Position numbers and translations under genes: made by a program
Source of the DNA: a virus
Taxonomy: Duplodnaviria > Caudoviricetes
Length of the DNA stretch: 52,041 nucleotides
Reading direction: 5' to 3' (one strand)
Virus record (IMG/VR): IMGVR_UViG_3300025836_000002
Span: 1 to 52,041 of that record
Shown here: piece after piece, positions 48,957 to 52,041 of the stretch
Layout of the letters: every line of letters begins with the position of its first letter
Numbering within the stretch: position 1 is the first letter of the stretch
The notes under the pieces: model-generated
Told to the model about the DNA's origin: nothing
What the model saw: the letters and a program-made list of their open reading frames with translations, nothing else
Database searches by the model: none

Positions 48957-50135
48957 TTAAATTTTGCCTTCGCGTTTCAGTCTGTTTTTAACAGCTAATC
49001 CAATAGATGACGTTGGTATTTCGCCCGCGCCTAATTTTTGAGCCTCGGCATCGACTGCCTTTGTTGCCACCTTATTTAAGGGAAGGTCTTCGATCATTGA
49101 TTTTGTTCCTTCAAAGTCAACCTTTGCCATGTTGGTCCATTTCAAAATAACAGTAGCTTCATTTTTGATGCGGCCAAGTTTTGCAAAATTGGTTACCATG
49201 TTTTTGGCTTCCTCTTCTTTCATTGCGTTTTCAGCTTTCAATTTGTCTTCTGTCATTGCATCGAGCGAAGCCTTGCAATCATCATACGCCTCATCTTTGG
49301 CTTTCTTTTCCTCTTCCAGCTTTTTGAATTTGTTTTTCAGTTTTTCAAATTCCTCGTCTGCTGTTTTAGATTTGTTCTGAGCCTCCTGAATAGCTGCATC
49401 CTTAGCCTGTTCTGCTAAAGTTACTTTATTCATAATGCTGTCAATGGCTTGAACGATACTTTCTTCTGGAGTGCCATCATTAAGCCCCAGCTTCATACAT
49501 ACTTTAATCATTGTATTACTAATTTTTGGGTTATTATTTAAAATCGAATTTAAAACTAAATTACATTCTTTATGAAAAGTCATTTGGTCGGTAATCTTTC
49601 TCAGATATTTTGTATTCTCATCAACGCTTGCATCTACTTTGTCGCAAAGGTTCATATTGAGAGCCTCCCCTGCTGCAATGAAGGTTGTGCGGGCCATCAT
49701 TCGAGAAACTTCATCTTCGGACATTCCGCAACGCTGTTCGATCATTTTAATGATGCTTGCTTGCATTGTCTTTAAAATACCGTCTGTTCCACCGAAAGGA
49801 TTGTGATACATTAACCAGCCATAATCAGACATAATGCGTTTTCTGCCTGCCTGAAATATAACACCGGCAATCGAAGCGGCTGCCCCGATGCAATAGGTAT
49901 CAACTGGAGTGTTTGATTTGAGAATTGCACTGTAAATATTGTAGCCGTCAGTCACCACTCCGCCAGGTGAATTAATCCAAACCTGAATGCGTTTTTTGCC
50001 AAGCGTATCTAATTGAAGTAATTCCTGCTGGAAAATACTCCCATCAATACCCATTCCATCCTCTTCATCAAATCCGATGTGCTTATTTAAAAGCATGATA
50101 GGCTCGCTAACTGTTGGATCAATACAATAGTTCAT
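48957..50135 (-). CDS. ClpP-type prohead protease with C-terminal scaffold
   Basis: INSPGG, AASIAGVI, LMYHNP; coiled-coil C-terminus. Confidence 0.88.
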   Translation of the reverse strand: MNYCIDPTVSEPIMLLNKHIGFDEEDGMGIDGSIFQQELLQLDTLGKKRIQVWINSPGGVVTDGYNIYSAILKSNTPVDTYCIGAAASIAGVIFQAGRKRIMSDYGWLMYHNPFGGTDGILKTMQASIIKMIEQRCGMSEDEVSRMMARTTFIAAGEALNMNLCDKVDASVDENTKYLRKITDQMTFHKECNLVLNSILNNNPKISNTMIKVCMKLGLNDGTPEESIVQAIDSIMNKVTLAEQAKDAAIQEAQNKSKTADEEFEKLKNKFKKLEEEKKAKDEAYDDCKASLDAMTEDKLKAENAMKEEEAKNMVTNFAKLGRIKNEATVILKWTNMAKVDFEGTKSMIEDLPLNKVATKAVDAEAQKLGAGEIPTSSIGLAVKNRLKREGKI

Positions 50136-50197
50136 GCAATAAAAGTAAATTTATTAAATTGCATGTGTGAATAGTGTAACACTATTTTAATAAACGC

Positions 50198-50225
50198 AAA
50201 AAACCGGACGTTTTTAATGTCCGGT
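50198..50225 (-). terminator. Intrinsic terminator upstream of the head genes
   Basis: ACCGGAC/GTCCGGT stem plus T-run. Confidence 0.7.
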
Positions 50226-50420
50226 CAATGAGTAGATGTTTTATTTTAAGCTGGCAATATTGCCTTATTTACATTTATTCGTTTTCTTATCTGAAAAATA
50301 CACCACTAATGCAGCAGCCACAAAGAAGGCAACAACACAAATGATCAATAAGGCTGGCGATAAAAATTCTCCGTTGGTCCAAAATAGATTTGTCATAACT
50401 TTTAGTTTTAAATTATGCCT

Positions 50421-50472
50421 CAAATATAATATCAATAATTGACGATTCGACAAAACATGTTTTTAAACATGT
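50421..50472 (-). promoter_or_regulatory. Promoter with two perfect ACATGT boxes
   Basis: ACATGT-N6-ACATGTTTTG-N22-TATATTTG. Confidence 0.7.
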
Positions 50473-50498
50473 AAAAGCCTCACATTTCTGCAAGGCTT
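50473..50498 (-). terminator. Intrinsic terminator
   Basis: AAGCCT/AGGCTT stem plus T-run, abutting the next promoter. Confidence 0.55.
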
Positions 50499-50685
50499 AA
50501 ACTAAAAAACGAACGGAAAGAAAAATGATTATTTCACAACAGGGAACCAATTTAAATTTATCATCGGATTGTAATTTTTCCAAATCGCAAATTGATACCT
50601 TGCAACTCTTAAATTATAAATGCTGCCAATAAAATTGCATTCCCATCCGGATCCCACTCCATGTTTAAAAAATTTGATTTTCATT

Positions 50686-50871
50686 TTATTTGTTTTTAAT
50701 GATATTTAAAATTCGTTCACGTTCTGAACGAGGCATATTATCGAACTTATCCTTAACGGCCTCAGCTATAATTGAGCTGGCGGATTGTCCTGATTGTTCG
50801 GACATATTCTTAACTAATCGAGCCTGTAACGGCTGCAAATAACCTACAAATCTACGTTCTTTCGGAATCAT
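50686..50871 (-). CDS. Ribbon-helix-helix-like DNA-binding protein
   Basis: RRFVGYL (strand) then helix..SGQSASSIIAEAV (helix). Confidence 0.6.
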   Translation of the reverse strand: MIPKERRFVGYLQPLQARLVKNMSEQSGQSASSIIAEAVKDKFDNMPRSERERILNIIKNK

Positions 50872-51182
50872 ACTAATTCGGATTGTTTGTAATATTCGAT
50901 CATTAATTCACTGCCAAATATAATCGTTTCTTTGCGAATTTCAACACCTTCGATAAAGAATTGCTTATAAAGATGCTCTTCGCCCCACTCTTTGGCCACC
51001 CATCGCTGAAAGACTTCGTATTTAGCCTTGTTTAGAATAATCGCCTTAATTGGTTTATTAAACTTCATTTCGTGTTGAATGCAGGCTACGCACATATCTA
51101 CTGCAAGATTACCAACACTCTCATAATTGTAAATGTCAATCGGTTTCGGTTCTTTCATTATACTACTTTTTGTATTAACCAA
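50868..51182 (-). CDS. Hypothetical protein
   Basis: ORF in operon. Confidence 0.5.
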   Translation of the reverse strand: MVNTKSSIMKEPKPIDIYNYESVGNLAVDMCVACIQHEMKFNKPIKAIILNKAKYEVFQRWVAKEWGEEHLYKQFFIEGVEIRKETIIFGSELMIEYYKQSELV

Positions 51183-51952
51183 TAATCAAAAATAATGCTT
51201 TGTGTCCATGCCCCTGCCTCTCTCATTGTTAGTGTAAAGCCAGTTGGTGTGCGGTCTTTTACTGACCACGGAATAGTATCAAATCCGGGATCTGTCGCCG
51301 CGCTTATAATTGAGCCTCCAACGAAATAATCAGATGTTCCAACTGTCGGAAACGTAACGCTGAAACTTTGTGTAGTTGTCGAAAGATTACCCACAGGGAA
51401 ACTGCCACCGTATAAAATAGGGTAAGCGTTGCTTAATCCTGGAATAACAAAGTTTGGATAAGTTCCCGTAACTCCGGCGCCAGTTAAAACTACTTTTTCA
51501 GGAATGGTAAAATTTAAAAAAAATGCCTGCGAATAATCTGCCGTTCCCGATCCTGTTTCCCCTGCTGCTAATGATAGTTTGCGTATGTTGTGAACGTTGT
51601 GAGTAGTCGAATCCGTAAATGTCATAGGATCGGCGTCTGTTGTATATTGAGTTATTGCAATTGAAAAAACAGCAACATCCAAACCTGTCACACTAAACGT
51701 TGCAGCATCAATCGGGAATACTTCGCCCTGATAAAAAGCAGCCCCGGCAGAAATGATATAGTTTACTAAATCTCCGGTATTTAAACACCCATGAATAATA
51801 TAAACTGCCAAAGGATTATAAAGCGGACCAATTAGCCCAACAAGAACCGATGAAACTATTTCTTTCGGCGCATCCTGTAAGAATTGTAATGTTCCTTTTT
51901 TAATCTTTATTTGCGCTGCATCCGTAACAGCTGAAACGTCTAATATTTTCAT
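51158..51952 (-). CDS. Baseplate-attached tail fiber protein
   Basis: Directly follows the I-like gene across the circular junction; C-terminal SVTFPT..TPTGFTL..FDYW. Confidence 0.65.
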   Translation of the reverse strand: MKILDVSAVTDAAQIKIKKGTLQFLQDAPKEIVSSVLVGLIGPLYNPLAVYIIHGCLNTGDLVNYIISAGAAFYQGEVFPIDAATFSVTGLDVAVFSIAITQYTTDADPMTFTDSTTHNVHNIRKLSLAAGETGSGTADYSQAFFLNFTIPEKVVLTGAGVTGTYPNFVIPGLSNAYPILYGGSFPVGNLSTTTQSFSVTFPTVGTSDYFVGGSIISAATDPGFDTIPWSVKDRTPTGFTLTMREAGAWTQSIIFDYWLIQKVV

Positions 51953-52041
51953 TTTATAATGGCTTTTTTATTATGCGTTAAATGTAATTAATTATTTCGT
52001 ATCTTATTGATGCCGGAATGTATTTGTCTACGAAATTATGA
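51915..52041. repeat. Second copy of the 127-bp terminal overlap
   Basis: Identical to 1-127. Confidence 0.95.

Noticed and set aside
1144-50442. The many short plus-strand ORFs in the track
   Set aside because: They overlap better-supported minus-strand genes and read as antisense shadows
1-52041. CRISPR array, rRNA, standard tRNA genes or stop-codon reassignment
   Set aside because: No regularly spaced repeats or full cloverleafs noticed; long genes are intact under the standard code

Overview
This window is a complete, circularly assembled ~51.9 kb tailed phage genome; bases 1-127 repeat exactly at 51915-52041, a typical assembler k-mer overlap. Essentially all credible genes lie on the minus strand. 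It looks like a contractile-tailed (Mu/P2-like myovirus) phage of a Bacteroidota host, judging by TAnnTTTG promoters, A-rich SD-less gene starts and FISUMP-like domains. Modules: packaging/head-tail/baseplate (64-9290, 51158-51952), capsid and tail (35141-50135), lysis (29417-32914), recombination/replication (19341-27674), a helicase-methyltransferase fusion, several homing endonucleases and many small accessory ORFs. No integrase is recognisable. The most notable unannotated element is an apparently circularly permuted (two-piece), very compact tmRNA gene at ~22445-22692 (minus strand). Other highlights: a set of promoters with rigidly spaced tandem ACATGT boxes, a tail protein with permuted and nested FISUMP-like domains, and a proline-rich micropeptide coupled to a membrane protein. 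All protein calls come from motif recognition and synteny by eye; no database search was run.
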